From assembly GCA_030824495.1 (NCBI GenBank), contig JAVBXP010000042.1:11331-75330 (forward strand): a stretch of DNA of 64,000 bases. The letters run 5' to 3'. Source of the stretch: a bacterium. GTDB lineage: Bacteria; Pseudomonadota; Alphaproteobacteria; Caulobacterales; Caulobacteraceae. Positions 63,153 through 64,000 of this stretch are shown in pieces. Position numbers and translations under genes: made by a program. Each line of letters begins with the position of its first letter. The stretch's first letter is position 1. The notes beneath the pieces are model-generated. The model did not search any database and was not told the origin of the DNA. It saw only the letters and a program-made list of their open reading frames with translations.

Positions 63153-64000
63153 ATGGCTGATTTTGGCGGCGGCGATCTCGACGCCTTCCGCGCGGAAGCG
63201 CGGAGCTGGATCGAGGCGAACTTCCCGCCCGCCCTGAAGGGCAAGGCGAATCCGATGATGCGCGAAGAGCGCAGCAAGCCCAACGCCGACCAGGAAACCT
63301 GGCGCAAGGCGATGGGCGAGAAGGGGTGGGGCGTCCCGACCTGGCCGGCGGCCTATGGCGGCGGCGGTCTGTCCCCGGCCCAGGGCCGAGTGATCCAGCA
63401 AGAGCTGGGCCGCGCGGGCGCCTATAACCCCATCGGCGGCATGGGCGTGATGATGTTCGGCCCGACCCTGCTGGAGTACGGCACGGAAGAGCAGAAGCAA
63501 GAGCACATCCCGCCGATCGTTCGTGGCGATCTGCAATGGTGCCAAGGTTTCAGCGAGCCGGGCGCAGGTTCCGACCTCGCCGCCCTGCAGTGCAAGGCTG
63601 AAGACAAGGGCGACCATTACCTGGTCAACGGCCAGAAGATCTGGACCAGCGGCGCCCAATACGCTGACTGGTGCTTCTGCCTGGTCCGCACCGACACCTC
63701 CAAGAAGCATGAAGGCATTTCCTTCGTGCTCTTCACCATGCATCAGCCGGGCGTCGAAGTTCGCCCGATCCCGCTGATCGCCGGCAACTCGCCCTTCTGC
63801 GAAACCTTCCTGACCGACGCTCGCGCGGAAAAGAAGGATCTGGTCGGCCCGCTGAACGGCGGCTGGACCATCGCCAAGCGTCTGCTGCAACACGAACGTT
63901 CGGGCCTGTCGGGCGCGGGCGGCGGCGGATACGGCGGCGCCAAGCCGCTGCCGAAGCTGGCCAAGGACTATGTGGGCGTCGATGAAGCCGGCAAGCTGGC
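63153..64000 (+). CDS. Acyl-CoA dehydrogenase (copy 4, runs off the right edge)
   Basis: Not in the ORF track. AAGGAG RBS, ATG 63153 MADFGGGDLDAFRAEAR..., WCQGFSEPGAGSDLAAL, LLQHERSG. Confidence 0.93.
   Translation, partial: MADFGGGDLDAFRAEARSWIEANFPPALKGKANPMMREERSKPNADQETWRKAMGEKGWGVPTWPAAYGGGGLSPAQGRVIQQELGRAGAYNPIGGMGVMMFGPTLLEYGTEEQKQEHIPPIVRGDLQWCQGFSEPGAGSDLAALQCKAEDKGDHYLVNGQKIWTSGAQYADWCFCLVRTDTSKKHEGISFVLFTMHQPGVEVRPIPLIAGNSPFCETFLTDARAEKKDLVGPLNGGWTIAKRLLQHERSGLSGAGGGGYGGAKPLPKLAKDYVGVDEAGKL

Noticed and set aside
1-64000. CRISPR array, tRNA or rRNA genes
   Set aside because: No regularly spaced repeat-spacer units or cloverleaf/rRNA signatures found by eye in the intergenic regions

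Overview
High-GC alphaproteobacterial chromosome segment, Caulobacteraceae-like (podJ, ilvR-ilvD, CtrA boxes, alpha-type LexA boxes). Left to right it holds: an assimilatory nitrate cluster (nasA partial, nirD, nirB, MFS transporter, ANTAR leader, nasS/nasT, mobA); ilvR-ilvD; a TonB receptor, periplasmic amidohydrolase and C-N hydrolase; an accessory block (14.7-24.2 kb: PEP-CTERM protein, TIR-TM-TPR, SLOG-2xSLATT, TPR-methyltransferase, Ig/RTX protein, DUF1254/1214); core genes (csp, tlpA, argH, lysA, hybrid kinase, hpt, ftsEX, plsC, chaC, chorismate mutase, hisC, tyrA); an EF-G paralog and SMR pump; an SOS locus (dinG, two unknown tail-anchored paralogs, Lhr-type helicase, pdeM; three LexA boxes); podJ, an MprF synthase-only protein and four tandem acyl-CoA dehydrogenases. 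The best candidate for an undescribed system is the closely spaced pair of a single-pass TIR-TM-TPR protein and a SLOG-SLATT-SLATT membrane protein, a Thoeris-like signal/effector logic with a receptor-type sensor. Also notable: a palindromic repeat inserted in frame in the Lhr helicase and LexA-boxed unknown paralogs. Domain calls come from motif recognition by eye, not database searches. No rRNA, tRNA, CRISPR array or transposase was seen.
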